A stretch of 63,995 nucleotides of DNA, the filler included, from Octopus bimaculoides (Eukaryota): the NCBI RefSeq assembly GCF_001194135.2. It is 6 parts of 6 records of this genome, joined end to end, with 100 filler letters (N's around TTAATTAATTAA, not from the genome) between each part and the next. Parts side by side here need not be neighbours in the genome. Positions count along the whole stretch, not along the records: positions 47,039 to 59,923 come from NC_068981.1; positions 60,024 to 62,888 come from NC_068982.1; 4 more parts are not named here. One strand, 5' to 3'. Position 1 is the stretch's first letter; every line of letters starts with the position of its first letter. A model generated the notes under the pieces. It was not told the origin of the DNA. It worked only from the letters and a program-made list of their open reading frames with translations, and searched no databases. Shown here piece after piece: positions 49,711 to 62,988 of this stretch. Made by a program: the position numbers and the translations under genes.

Positions 49711-49994
49711 GTACATACATACATACATACATACATACATACATACATACATGCATATATTCATACGCATATACATATATACATACATATACATACATAT
49801 ACACATATATACCTATACACATACATATATATACACATACATACATATATTCATACAAACATACATACATACATACATACATAAATATATTCGTCGAAAG
49901 TCAGTTTGAACTTGACCTATATTATTAATTAATCCAGGTTTAATGCAAGTCAGTTATTCCTCTACAATTTTTGTAAATTCTTAAATATATCTCC

Positions 49995-50040
<46 letters not shown>

Positions 50041-50802
50041 TACCAAACAATATATACTACCAAACAAACATGATTATTATTGAACTCAAAATGCTTTTTG
50101 GAGTCCCGTTCTGATTACTTTCTTAAATACTTTCATGTAAACTGCTTTTAACATTTACTTATTATTANNNNNNNNNNNNNNNNNNNNNNNNNNNNNNNNN
50201 NNNNNNNNNNNNNNNNNNNNNNNNNNNNNNNNNNNNNNNNNNNNNNNNNNNNNNNNNNNNNNNNNNNNNNNNNNNNNNNNNNNNNNNNNNNNNNNNNNNN
50301 NNNNNNNNNNNNNNNNNNNNNNNNNNNNNNNNNNNNNNNNNNNNNNNNNNNNNNNNNNNNNNNNNNNNNNNNNNNNNNNNNNNNNNNNNNNNNNNNNNNN
50401 NNNNNNNNNNNNNNNNNNNNNNNNNNNNNNNNNNNNNNNNNNNNNNNNNNNNNNNNNNNNNNNNNNNNNNNNNNNNNNNNNNNNNNNNNNNNNNNNNNNN
50501 NNNAAAACATTGCATAGAAGGATGACAAAGGAACGATCGGAAAACACACACAAGAGGTGGAGAGATGGACATGCTCATCTCTCATCAATTATCGACCTTA
50601 AATCCACAGTATTTCGTGCCAGTATCGGTCTCCCTCCCCCCCTCTCTATACGTCCATGTGTGTATATATATATGTGCATGTATGTATGTATATCTATATT
50701 TATCTATATATATATATATATATATATATATTGGCGCGTGTGCTCATGTGTGTTAGTGTGATTACGTACATGGTTGTGTGAGTATATGTGAGTACGTACG
50801 TG

Positions 50803-50848
<46 letters not shown>

Positions 50849-51806
50849 TGCAAGTATATGTGCGTATTTGCATCGAAATTAGTTCGCTGTAAATGCATTA
50901 AGATGTTTTATATAGTGATGGTGGCTTGGGACATTACTGCCGCGCATTTGCCGTCACATTCAGGCATTATGGGAATAATTTCTGCAAAAATCGAGACAAA
51001 AACAAACGCAATAGAGAACCTCTTGTAAGAAGTTTAGTCTAAGTCTGTGTGTACTTAAAGACTTTGTGCGAGATAATCCGGGATTAGGACGAACTGTGGC
51101 GTCTGTTGAGGTAGCCTCCTGCCAGTTAATTGAATTCATCAATTGTTACAACGTGGAGTCATTGTTGCTATATTATTAATCAGATTAACGGCTGGAATAA
51201 AAGATTTATCAACTCTACTGCTGTATTCCCTCGCTAACATCGACATAAATACCATGACATAATTGTCACCGAGATTGTACTATAATATATCCAACCATAT
51301 TTGCAACGTTGGTAGTAGAAATGCCAGTGTTGTGGAGTAAATAACTTGAGGGGTTTATTAAAGATTATTTAATGTTTCGAGTTCAAGCTCTGGTCAAGTT
51401 GAACAATTTTACCGGTTACAGAAAAGTTCGCCATAAATCATTTTTGTCGTAGGAAAATTCTCCTTATGAAAAAAATAAATTGCAAAAAAGAAAAAAGAAA
51501 ATGTTGTTTTCTTAAAATGGCAACTTCATCAGCTAACCTACCAATTAGAAAGAGGTAATTTCTTTAAATTGGGTTATCTAGTTTACGGTTTGTATGTGTG
51601 CTTCCTTTACGGCGAATTTTCCGGACACAATTTTTACCTTTAGTGATCGATAAATTAAGCGCTAATCAAGCATTGCTTATAATTGAGTGAATATATTACT
51701 GCTATATAATGGCCGATATAAACGTTTTTTGATTGATTTCTCCAGTCCCGCTTTACTTCATACAGAGAGAAACGGAATTAGAGTAAAAAGAGGTACAGGG
51801 AGAGGG

Positions 51807-51842
<36 letters not shown>

Positions 51843-52258
51843 AAAAGAGAAATTTAGAGAGAGGGAAAGAGGGACAATGTAAGAGGTAGAGATGGAGAGA
51901 GAGTGTGAGTTAAAGTAAAAGGGGTAGGAGAAGTGCGCATGGTAGGCTTGCCAGGCAATGAGTAAAGGAACACTACACAAACAGTGGGAAACAAAGAATC
52001 GTACAGATAGGGGAAGGGGAGGAGTAGAAGAGAGGGGTAAGTTACAGAGTTGTAATGGGAGGAGTTATACAAACGAGAAATTTGTTTTATTGAATTGTAT
52101 TTTAAGGTAATAAATATTTTTGTTTTGAAAATTAATATTAATTTCATCATTTTGTTTATGAACCAAGAAATTTTGATAAAAATTTAATCATAATTATTGT
52201 ATGTATGCCATATTTCCTGATATCACTTATGGTGGCAAAAATATTTCCTGGTATTATC

Positions 52259-52516
<258 letters not shown>

Positions 52517-52949
52517 GCTGTCTGTTCGTCCGTCGGTCCGTCGGTCCCTCTGTCCATCTATCTGTTTGTCTGCTTGTCCAGTTCTAGGATTAAAATATAT
52601 TCATTTCACTATCAAGAGAATAAGGCAAAATTGAGCTCAGTCAAGAATAATGAATATTTTTAAAAACAGTTGGGTACAACAAATGAATTGGCAGATTGGC
52701 AGATATACATATTTATGTATGCAAATTGCTTTGACAGCCATAACTTCTAAAGTTGTGAATGAAACTGGTTTGTGTAACTTTATTCTCGTCCCGTAACTTG
52801 TCACTTGCAAGAGTGACTTTGCAGTATGTACACCGCTTTTGCTGAGTCTTTTAGATGCGTATGTGTTCGCGAGTGGCCATAGACACTCTCTTGGTTCTTC
52901 CCTTCTTAATTCAGAAGAGCATTTCTGAAGTAATAGCCGGATATATATG

Positions 52950-53269
52950 ACCGTTGCCAGTAAGACATTCGAGCGAGATCATTGCCAGTGCCGATGGACT
53001 GGCTCCTGTGCAGGTGGCACGTAAAATACACCATTTCGAACGTGGCCGTCGCCAGTACCGCCTGACTGGCCCTCGTGCCGGTGGCACGTAAAAGCACCCA
53101 CTACACTTTCGGAATGGTTGGCGTTAGGAAGGGCATCCAGCTGTAGAAACTCTGCCAAATCAGATTGGAGCCTGGTGTCGCCTACTGGTCCATCAGTCCT
53201 CAGTCAAATCGTCCAACCCATGCCAGCATGGAAAGCGGACGTTAAACGACGATGATGACGATGATGATG

Positions 53270-53270
<1 letters not shown>
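52950..53270 (+). mobile_element. RTE-related LINE 3' end / derived SINE with (GAT)n tail
   Basis: ggtggcacgtaaaa occurs twice, then gttggcgttaggaagggcatccagctgtagaaactctgcc...ccatgccagcatggaaagcggacgttaaacgacgatgatgacgatg. I recognise this as an abundant octopod retroposon 3' end. Confidence 0.6.
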
Positions 53271-53307
<37 letters not shown>

Positions 53308-53379
53308 CAGAGGGAGAGAGAGAAAGAAAGAGCAAGTCAGAGATAGAGATAGAGAGAGTGATAAAGAAAGAGCGAGTCG

Positions 53380-53418
<39 letters not shown>

Positions 53419-54122
53419 CTAGTCATTTTCAGCTGAGCAGTATATAACAGATCGAATCGTTGTCTTGGTTAAGAATATAGCGCATGCTGGTTCAGGAATC
53501 GAACGCATAACTTTATGATCGTGTGCCCACACATCGCTATATTTATTATGCTGTATTTCGATCAATGCGATGAGCATTTGTTTCAAGTATCACAATCGAA
53601 GATTTGATCAGACAATTCATTTCTGGCGTTTAAGCCTTCCTATAATACATAAAACCTCTACTTCACATGAAACCTATTTAAATCCGAGTCGAGCGAGCCT
53701 CTGGGAATTTTTGTTAGAACTTATAACATTTAGGATGTTTGAGTGGCAACACTTTAACAGGTGAATCATGTCCATTTGGTTAGCTTCAAGTTAATATATT
53801 TTTATAAATAACGCAATACTAATGCAATAGGAATATCATATATGTCCGATATCTATATCGAAAGCAGAATCTTTCATGATTTCTCAATAAATATGAACGT
53901 TAACCCTTACATCAAACAAATCTATTACAATTAAATCCATTTGATTTCTTTTCAACCTGGTTAATATATCAGCAGAGTTTTATTATACACCAAAATGGGT
54001 ATATATAGGATATTCATTCAAAAGATATTGGAGAAGACGTTTCAGGTATTAAGGTATAACTAAAATCGATTGTAATAAAATTCGATCGATTTTTTTTTTT
54101 TCAATTTGATTAATGTCTCAGT

Positions 54123-54509
54123 GTGGAGGCGCAATGGCCCAGTGGTTAGGGCAGCGAATTTGCGGTCATAGGATCGCGGTTTCGATTCCCAGACCGGGCG
54201 TTGTGAGTGTTTATTGAGCGAAAACACCTAAAGCTTCACAAGGCTCCGGCAGGGGATGGCGGCGAACCCTGCTGTACTCTTTCACCACAACTTTCTCTCA
54301 CTCTTACTTCCTGTTTCTATTGTGCCTGTAATTCAAAGGGTCAGCCTCGTCACACTGTGTCACACTGAATATCCCCAAGAACTACGTTAAGAGTACACGT
54401 GTCTGTGGAGTGCTCATCCACTTGCACGTTAATTTCACGAGCAGGCTGTTCCGTTGATCGGATCAACTGGAACCCTCGACGTCGTAAGCGACGGAGTGCC
54501 AACAACAAC
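54123..54509 (+). mobile_element. tRNA-derived SINE family B, full length
   Basis: A box TGGCCCAGTGG, B box GGTTTCGATTCC and (AAC)n tail. 11-bp TSD aatgt(c/t)tcagt at 54112-54122 and 54510-54520. Confidence 0.92.
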
Positions 54510-54814
54510 AATGTTTCAGTAGAGATTTATAAGTCGTAGTTTAGATTTCCCACCTGGCAAAACGATGCGTTGTGTTCTTGAGCAAGGCATTTCATTTCAT
54601 GCTGCTCGGTGAACACTTCGACATCTGACGTGTGTGACATACTGTGCAATTGTACAGGCAATGTGAATTAGATGGAGGGAGTGAATGTACACTATAAACA
54701 AATTACCCGTGTAAGTTGTTAAGCAAGAAATTGCGCTACTTTCAAATGTCGAATGCGACAGAAAAATTCACGCAAAGTCGCCAATTATATATATGAGGCT
54801 TAATCCTGACATTA

Positions 54815-55085
54815 ACCAGAGGACTCATGAGGCTGGAGTTTAATCCGGTTTCCATGGCGTAAAATAGCTGAGGTTATAGGCTCTGCCCTGGACGGGACTC
54901 CGGCCCATCGTAGGGTTAACTTCTCAGCTATTGCTGGAAATCATTTACAGCTGACTAGACTGGGGCAAAAGGGAAATGAAGTGTTTTGCTCAAAAATACA
55001 ACGCACTACCCAGTCCAGGGACTGAAACCACGATTTTACAATTATGAGTGCATTACTCTAATCACTTGCTCACGTGCCCTCACGT
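54815..55085 (-). mobile_element. tRNA-derived SINE family C
   Basis: Minus strand: tRNA-like head, gcgttgtatttttgagcaaaacacttcattt, ccctacgatgggccggagtcccgtccaggg, tacgccatggaaaccgg. Confidence 0.75.
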
Positions 55086-55166
55086 AATACAGGTATCTAC
55101 AGGGTGATTATTCAAACGATATTCGGGAAGACATTGCTGATATTAAGCTGGTTACTACATAAACAC

Positions 55167-55430
55167 GTGGAAGTGCAATGGCCCAGTGGTTAGGGCAGCG
55201 GACTCGCGGTTTCGATTCCCAGACCGGGCGTTGTGTGTGTTTATTGAGCGAAAACACCTAAAGCTCCACGCGGCTCCGGCAGGGGGTGGTGGCGACCCCT
55301 GTTGTACTCTTTCTCTCACTCTTTCTTCCTGTTTCTTGAGTAAAAGCTGCAATGGACTGGCGTCCCGTCCAGCTAGGGGCGAACACATACGCCATGGAAA
55401 CCGAGAAACCGGCACTATGCTCCACAAGGG
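55167..55430 (+). mobile_element. SINE with family B 5' half and family C-type 3' half
   Basis: Matches 54123-54315 up to cttcctgtttct, then switches to gcaatggactggcgtcccgtccag...tacgccatggaaaccg. Confidence 0.8.
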
Positions 55431-55774
55431 GAAAAAAAAAGGATAAACAACAATATATAAACAAATCGATTATAAAGGAATCTAGTTAATTTTTCCAATT
55501 TGATTAATATTTTAGCAGAGGTTTATAAATCCCCAATTGCTAGTAAATATTGAAATGATACTTGAGAGGACGTGAAGTTGAGTATTAATGTGATCATTGC
55601 ATAAAAGGACTTTAAATAAACCTTCAACGGCAACATTCCAGTTCTGGAACAACAAATGGTCAACTGTTAGATGTTGTTGTTGTTTACCCTCAGTTCCGCA
55701 TTATGCGTGTAGACCGATGATCAAAGTTGTTCCAACCGTAGTCATTCCATCTTTATATTTTAGACTAGCAGAAG

Positions 55775-55920
55775 CCGGTGAGCTGGTGGAATCGTTAGCG
55801 CGTAGAACAAAATGCTTAGCGGCATTCTTTCGATTTATTACATTCTAAGGTAAATGCCACCGTGGTTGATTTCTCCTTTCGGGGTCGATAAGTACCAGTT
55901 GAACACGGGGGCCGATGTAA
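55775..55920 (+). mobile_element. SINE family D
   Basis: ggtgagctggtggaatcgttagcgcgtagaacaaaatgcttagcggcatt...ctttcggggtcgataagtaccagttg. Confidence 0.8.
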
Positions 55921-57307
55921 TGTTTTTTCTGTCTCTTCTCATGCACGGCTATCTAGCGTTCAGTCGTCTTGGCTTGACAGCCTTCACTGTTTGTTTTTAC
56001 TGTCTTGTTCTCATTGTCCTGTCGTTGCTGTTTTTACTGTCTTGTCCTCACCCTCCACAAAAAATTCCAAATTTTGTTTGGTTTGCTTTGCGGGAAGGAC
56101 TGTTCCAACGAAGTCGTGTATTGTCCTTGCCTTCGAAACGCGGAGTGGATGGAACAGGGACAACTGACGAAGGGTTATACTCTCTATGTTGCATGTCTCG
56201 TTTCTCTGTTTGCTTTCTTCGTTGTTCGAAAAAAGTTCGTTTTCTGTTTTCGTTTCTCATTGTGTTTCACGTTTTTTTTATGTCCTGTACCCATATATGC
56301 ATGTATGTATACATATAGATGTAGGTATGTACATATATGTATGGATATATGCATATATTTATATATTATTTATGTTATTATGTAATTAATTAAGCCCTTG
56401 CCCTAAAACTACTAGTTTTGGACCAAAACTTGAAACAATATTCTTAGACTAATAGGATTTCATTTTACAATATGCTCTTCATTATTATTTTTAAAAACGA
56501 TGGAATGATTTGATTTAAGAGAGATTTAGCTGCTGTATCTAGCAGGTTGAATGAAAAGGATAGAATTCCTTGTAGTAGTTGTTCCGATTCTCGCTGCTGT
56601 GTGTTCAAATCCTGCTCTGGTAAACTCCACATTTCATCCTCCCGGGGTCGTGATACTTTGTGATATTTGTTCCCAAACGTTGCATTCCGACAGTAACACA
56701 TACGATAACGTTGACAGCAAGATGGATCGAAAGCAACGGCCTTCCCTGTAGAATACAACGGTGACGTAGGCGCGGCAGACTTGCGTGCATGAGCGACAAC
56801 CATTCTCCTGCTTAAAATCCTTGGAATGACGAAAAATAATGAATATTTGTTTTAAAGCAGTATTGGTATTACAAATGTATTGGGAAATATATATATGTAT
56901 ATGTGCAAATTGGTTTAATAACCATAACTTTTCAAGTTATGCATAAAATTGCTCTGAGCGATTTCATCTTTGTGTGATGGATGTCACCATGACCGTCATA
57001 TGCAAGTAAGTATGGCTTCGCAGTAAGCACATTGCTTTCGCAAAGGGTTTTAGGTGTTTATTTATAGTCTCGTGTAGCCATAGAGACACTCTTGGTTCTT
57101 CCGTTCTTGATTCAGCAGAATATCTCGGATGTGACAGCCGGGGAGAGAGAAAGAGCGTGTGAGAGAGAGAGAGAGACAGACAAAGAGAGGGAGAGAGAGA
57201 TAGAGAGAGAAAGAGAGAGAGAGAAAGGGAGAGACTGAGAAAAAGAGAAAGAGAAAGAGAGAGAGATTTAGCTGCTGTATCTAGCAGTTTTGGATGACTA
57301 CTTAGAG

Positions 57308-57502
57308 TAGTGGTTTTCAACCATTTTGATACTCAGACCAGATCCAAAACTTGAACATTTTTTAGCGGGCGGCACTCAAAAGAATGAAACGAGTCAATTA
57401 TTGAAAAAATTATTATATTTATAGAGAGAAGACCGCCGGGGGCCGCCAGAATGATGCTTGGAGGCCACATGCGGCAATGGGGGCCGCAGAGGAAAAACAC
57501 TG
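57308..57502. mobile_element. hAT-like MITE
   Basis: Imperfect TIRs tagtggttttcaacc ... ggaaaaacactg with GC-rich ggccgc subterminal motifs. The flanks acttagag / acttcctg match at 5/8, as a decayed 8-bp TSD would. Confidence 0.5.
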
Positions 57503-58525
57503 ACTTCCTGATCGTGTCGATGAATTGTAAGTGTTAGTATTTAAGTCTGACGAAAATATCAGGCAGTAATCAAATACATCAACTACAAAAAGATTTTTTG
57601 TTGATTTTAAAAACATCGTTATCTTAGATGAATAATGATTTTATTTGTCTTAGTTTCAGATTATATATATATATGGCTGCGTATCTGCTTTTAATATTGC
57701 ATTCAACTATAGAAACTAAAAGAATTTGTCTCTGATAAATCGCTAAATAAAAGTTACCTAAAATACACTCGTAAATGGAACTAAAATATTAATAACTCTA
57801 ACACCACTTGGCAATATTATAGAAAGTATTTTCTGCCAAAGTGTATCTATATTCAAACAATGAAATGATTTTCGCAACTTTTATGATAAAACGATCAGCT
57901 ATTCTTGGTTCAGGAACTTATATTTCAAACCCATCTTGATTTACATATCGACATAAAAATTACTGGCGTATATTCAACCGTTCGGCATTGCATTATAAAG
58001 AAACGAATATTTTACTTACTGACACATTAAAACCTTTTGTGCTCAGTGAAGAAGTTATATAAAGTGAAAGACTATCCAGTTTTCTATTAAATTTCATCGT
58101 TTGTGTTTAATTCTTCCTTCATTTACAATTTCGAATGACGTCATTTAATAGCTTCGAACTAATGGCGGTCTTAAAAGCCCTGGCATCGCTAGTACAATAA
58201 AATTAATAAAATACAATAAAATAAGATAGAATTGGCTGTAGATACAATCCGATTAAACACAATGACACAAACAAAACGCTGAAAACAGTGATCGGATGCT
58301 GTATTCAGATTTGAAAGCTCCATAAAACCTGATAGCTGTTAAGAAAAAGACAGATGTGGTTGCGGAGCCCAGGTCTGTGCAGTGACTGACGGTTGACGTA
58401 TAGTAACTGGTTCATCATTAACTGCTCAAATTTCCAATTAATTCTCTCGGATTTGCAGCCGTGTTTTATTGGATGGAGTAAACAAATTGAAAATATGACA
58501 CTATTTGAGAATGTCTTTTTTGTGG

Positions 58526-58573
<48 letters not shown>

Positions 58574-59526
58574 CGCGCGTGTGCGTGTGTGTGTGGGGAG
58601 GGCGGTATGTACGGATTAACATGGACTCGTTTGTCTGTTCAAAACGCTGAAACAATCACAGCATAAGATATTATATGTTATATACACACATTTGCGCATA
58701 TGAAAATCGCACACGCATACACATGTAAATACATGTATACATACACACACACACATATATACATAATTGTATGAGTCAGTACAAGTAATATATATATATA
58801 TATATGCATATATNNNNNNNNNNNNNNNNNNNNNNNNNNNNNNNNNNNNNNNNNNNNNNNNNNNNNNNNNNNNNNNNNNNNNNNNNNNNNNNNNNNNNNN
58901 NNNNNNNNNNNNNNNNNNNNNNNNNNNNNNNNNNNNNNNNNNNNNNNNNNNNNNNNNNNNNNNNNNNNNNNNNNNNNNNNNNNNNNNNNNNNNNNNNNNN
59001 NNNNNNNNNNNNNNNNNNNNNNNNNNNNNNNNNNNNNNNNNNNNNNNNNNNNNNNNNNNNNNNNNNNNNNNNNNNNNNNNNNNNNNNNNNNNNNNNNNNN
59101 NNNNNNNNNNNNNNNNNNNNNNNNNNNNNNNNNNNNNNNNNNNNNNNNNNNNNNNNNNNNNNNNNNNNNNNNNNNNNNNNNNNNNNNNNNNNNNNNNNNN
59201 NNNNNNNNNNNNNNNNNNNNNNNNNNNNNNNNNNNNNNNNNNNNNNNNNNNNNNNNNNNNNNNNNNNNNNNNNNNNNNNNNNNNNNNNNNNNNNNNNNNN
59301 NNNNNNNNNNNNNNNNNNNNNNNNNNNNNNNNNNNNNNNNNNNNNNNNNNNNNNNNNNNNNNNNNNNNNNNNNNNNNNNNNNNNNNNNNNNNNNNNNNNN
59401 NNNNNNNNNNNNNNNNNNNNNNNNNNNNNNNNNNNNNNNNNNNNNNNNNNNNNNNNNNNNNNNNNNNNNNNNNNGTGTGTGTGTGTGTGTTTATTGTTCA
59501 GTTTTATTTCCATATTTCTTGCCAAA

Positions 59527-59745
59527 AGGTGGCGAGCTAGCAGAAACGTTAGCACGCCGGGCGAAATGCTTAGCGGTATTTTGTCTGTCTTTACCTTCTA
59601 AGTTCAAATTCTGCTGAGGTCGACTTTGCCTTTCATCCTTTCGGGGTCGATAAATTAAGTATCAGTTGCGTACTGAAGTCGATCTAATCGACTGGCTCCC
59701 TCTCCAAAAATTTCGGGCCTTGTGCTTAGAGTAGAAAAGAATATT
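59527..59745 (+). mobile_element. SINE family D, near full length
   Basis: ggtggcgagctagcagaaacgttagcacgccgggcgaaatgcttagcgg...gtcgactttgcctttcatcctttcggggtcgataaattaagt...ccttgtgcttagagtagaaaagaat. Confidence 0.9.
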
Positions 59746-59923
59746 TCTTGCCAATAGAGACAGAGCCAGTTTCTAACCGAGATCCAAGGCTCCCTCATTG
59801 GAATTTCAACATCAACAACAATGTATGTATGTATGTAAGTATGTATGAATGTATGTATGTGTGTATGTATGTATGTATGTATGTATGTATGTATGTATGT
59901 ATGAATGGATGGATGTATATATA

Positions 59924-60023
59924 NNNNNNNNNNNNNNNNNNNNNNNNNNNNNNNNNNNNNNNNNNNNTTAATTAATTAANNNNNNNNNNNNNNNNNNNNN
60001 NNNNNNNNNNNNNNNNNNNNNNN
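59924..60023. other. artificial scaffold spacer N44-TTAATTAATTAA-N44
   Basis: 12-mer at 59968-59979. Confidence 0.95.
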
Positions 60024-60399
60024 ATATATATATATATATATATATAATTTACTAATAGTTTGACTGAGCTTTAAGCAACTCTGACTTTTGTAGGCTCAGT
60101 TTTTAAATGAATATTGCCACGAAGTACTGAATCAGTTATATTACAACTGCACTTTAACTGTATCACAACTGTATTACAATTATATTACAAACATCTTGCA
60201 ATATCACTACTACATTATAACTATATAACAGAACTATATAACATTTATATTACTGCTATGTTACGACCATATCTCACCTATTTGTTGTATTTGTTATTAA
60301 TGCCAGGTATGAGAATATTTCCTTTCTTCTGTCTTGGAGACACTGGAAAAAGACTATGGGCGCAGCCCTTCGTTCCCTCAGTCTGGGAAATAAAGAAAT

Positions 60400-60722
60400 A
60401 AACAGCAACTACGACAATGCCACTACTGCCAACAAAAGGAACAATAACACCAACGGTGATACCCAGCCGCCACCAGCTACAACAACAACAACAACAGCTG
60501 CAACATTAACACTTCAATCACCACCTCTTCTATCACAACAACAGCTATAACATCATTACCGTCATCACTAGCACGGCACTACCACTACCACCAGCATCAT
60601 CACCAAAACTACCACCACCACCACCACCACCACTACTACTACTGTCAATTGTTACTTTCACACGCCAGTCGAAACAAACGTCGGAAATGAAAGCCATGAC
60701 CTATTTGTTTAGTTTGACGTAT

Positions 60723-60787
<65 letters not shown>

Positions 60788-61330
60788 TGTGTTGGTGGTG
60801 GTGCTGGTTCTCTNNNNNNNNNNGTAGTAGTAGTAGTAGTAGTAGTAGTTGTGTTGGTGGTGGTGCTGGTTCTCTTGTCGTAGTAGTGGTAGCAGTGACG
60901 ATTGTTTAGTTTGCTGCAGGTCGTGGTGAGGTGTAAATCTTACGACAATGGTGATGTGGGGTAGCAGTGATGGTGGTAGTGGTGGTGATGATGGTAATGT
61001 TGATGATGATGGTAGTGTTGTTGGTGGTGGTTGTAGTTGTGGTTGTTGTAGTAGTGGTGGTGGTATTGATAGTGGTGATGAAATGCTGTCTGTGCTATAG
61101 TGACAGTGATCGTTATAGTGACGGTGTTGATGGTGGTGGTGCCATGCTAGTGATGGCGGTGAGCATGATGATGGTGTTGGGGGTGGCGGTAGTGTTGATA
61201 GTGGTGGTAGTAATGGTGTTGACAGTAGTTGTGGTGGTGATAGTGATGATAGTTTCTGTATCGGCGGAGACAGCACTCATAGTTGTCCTGGAGATGGCGC
61301 TGGTTGTTATGTTGTTGTTATTATGATTGT
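60400..61330. repeat. trinucleotide-derived low-complexity tract (CAC/ACT, then GTA/GGT/GAT)
   Basis: Direct observation. The ORFs here are poly-T/V/M low-complexity translations. Confidence 0.9.
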
Positions 61331-61961
61331 TGTTTAACCCTAGGTCAACACTGATCTAGCACTACAATGCTTAAAAATTTGTCAGTAATGGCTATACGCA
61401 ATCGACGCTGCCTGTGTCCCCACAATGACGAACCAGCAGATCATTCCGTTGGATCAAGGACAAAGAGTCGAGAAACCACATGGCCTTTGATCAAGGGAAA
61501 TAACTAGGACGTAACCCCTGGATCGTAAGAGCGCTACATCAGCATTTTATTTATCTAATTAGATTTAACATCTGATATATGATACAAGCAAATATTACTA
61601 CTGAAAACTTAGGGGTTATATATATATAGATGAGGGTCCCAGCCGTCTCCTTATAACTATAGAGTATATTATTGGGAGCATATCTGATTTGTTATATTTA
61701 GAAAGAATCCCAGCTGATAAAAACTATAAACATACCCACCAGTTGTTGTTTGTCCATATTTTAATTCTCTTCCTTTTTTTTTTTTTTCCAAAACAGTTGA
61801 TGTTTCTTTATGACCCTTAAAATATTTTTTCACTACCCTAATCTGCAGCTTTTAAAATCGGAAGTGCATGCTTACTAGCATGAGAGAAATAACACCAACA
61901 GAAAACTCAACACTAGGATTTTTTTCGAGAAGAAAAATCAACACTAAGATTTTAAGCTTCC

Positions 61962-62365
61962 TAAAATCGCCTGATGCTTCTCTTGAGAGGAAATCCCGCT
62001 GGTGATATGAAATTAAAGTTCCTATTTGTGCATTACCCTAAAAATCCAAGTGGCTTTCGAGGGTTACTCAAAGTTTAATTTATCCCTGGAGTAATGTTTA
62101 AATAAGAAGGTATGGGTGGCTAAGAGTCGTTTTCAATGAGTGGTTTACGAACGTTTTCTCCTGCTACAGAAACGTACAGTGCCAGCTATAATATTACCAA
62201 CAAGGCATTTTTTCTTTTAGACAATGCACCGAGCCACGCATCGAACTTAGATAACCTTCCTGATATGTGAGAATAGAATATATCCCCCAAAATGTAGATT
62301 CTTTGCTCCAGCTAATGGATCAAAATGTAACAGCTAACTTCAAGACATAATGTATGAGAAAAACA
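61962..62365 (+). mobile_element. Tigger/pogo transposase DDE fragment, degenerate
   Basis: RLMLLLRGNPAGDMKLKFLFVHYPKNP...NKKVWV...EWF...LLDNAPSH...YIPQNVDSLLQLMDQNVTANFK. Confidence 0.85.
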
Positions 62366-62716
62366 TTGTAGTCGATGGAGGTGGTGAGAGTGAAGTGATG
62401 AATGCTGACCCAAATGTCAAGAAAGGAGTCAGATGTGTCAGAGATAGTGCAGGAGAAGTGGAGGGTAGGATGGAAAGATTTGACAAAAGAGAGGAAGGAG
62501 TCTAGATGTTCGCGGGAGAGTGAGGTCACAGCGATACAGCGGTCAATATAACGGCCGTATAGTTCGGGAGTGGGACCAATGAAACTTGAGAATATTTGGG
62601 CCTCAACGTAGCCAACGAACAGGTTCGCATAGTTGGGGCCCATTCTTGTTCCCATGGCCACTCCGGAGACCTACTGGTAGAAATCACCCGCGAACGAGAA
62701 GAGTTGAGTGAGAGAA
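62366..62716 (-). mobile_element. Penelope-like RT internal fragment (family 3)
   Basis: FSFAGDFYQ*VSGVAMGTRMGPNYANLFVGYVEAQIFSSFIGPTPELYGRYID...SFLDI is closely similar to 8265-8615. Confidence 0.92.
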
Positions 62717-62833
62717 ATATACAAACATACATTATATGTATACATACGTAAGTACACATACACAATCACACACACATATTATATATACATATAATTACAA
62801 TATATGTATGTATATATATATTATTACAGTATT

Positions 62834-62867
<34 letters not shown>

Positions 62868-62888
62868 TACATACATATATATATATAT

Positions 62889-62988
62889 NNNNNNNNNNNN
62901 NNNNNNNNNNNNNNNNNNNNNNNNNNNNNNNNTTAATTAATTAANNNNNNNNNNNNNNNNNNNNNNNNNNNNNNNNNNNNNNNNNNNN
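62889..62988. other. artificial scaffold spacer N44-TTAATTAATTAA-N44
   Basis: 12-mer at 62933-62944. Confidence 0.95.

Noticed and set aside
52860-52950. ~100-bp sequence shared with 57065-57140 (gccatag...ctcttggttcttcc)
   Set aside because: It is a dispersed unclassified repeat fragment with no ends, TSD or coding signal to interpret.
57978-58080. Strong minus-strand donor CA|GTAAGTAA near 58020
   Set aside because: There is no supporting ORF or acceptor, and it is separated from the ANL gene by three scaffold joins.
60760-60875. Duplicated gtagttgtgttggtggtggtgctggttctct on both sides of a 10-N gap
   Set aside because: This is a typical unmerged contig overlap, an assembly artefact.
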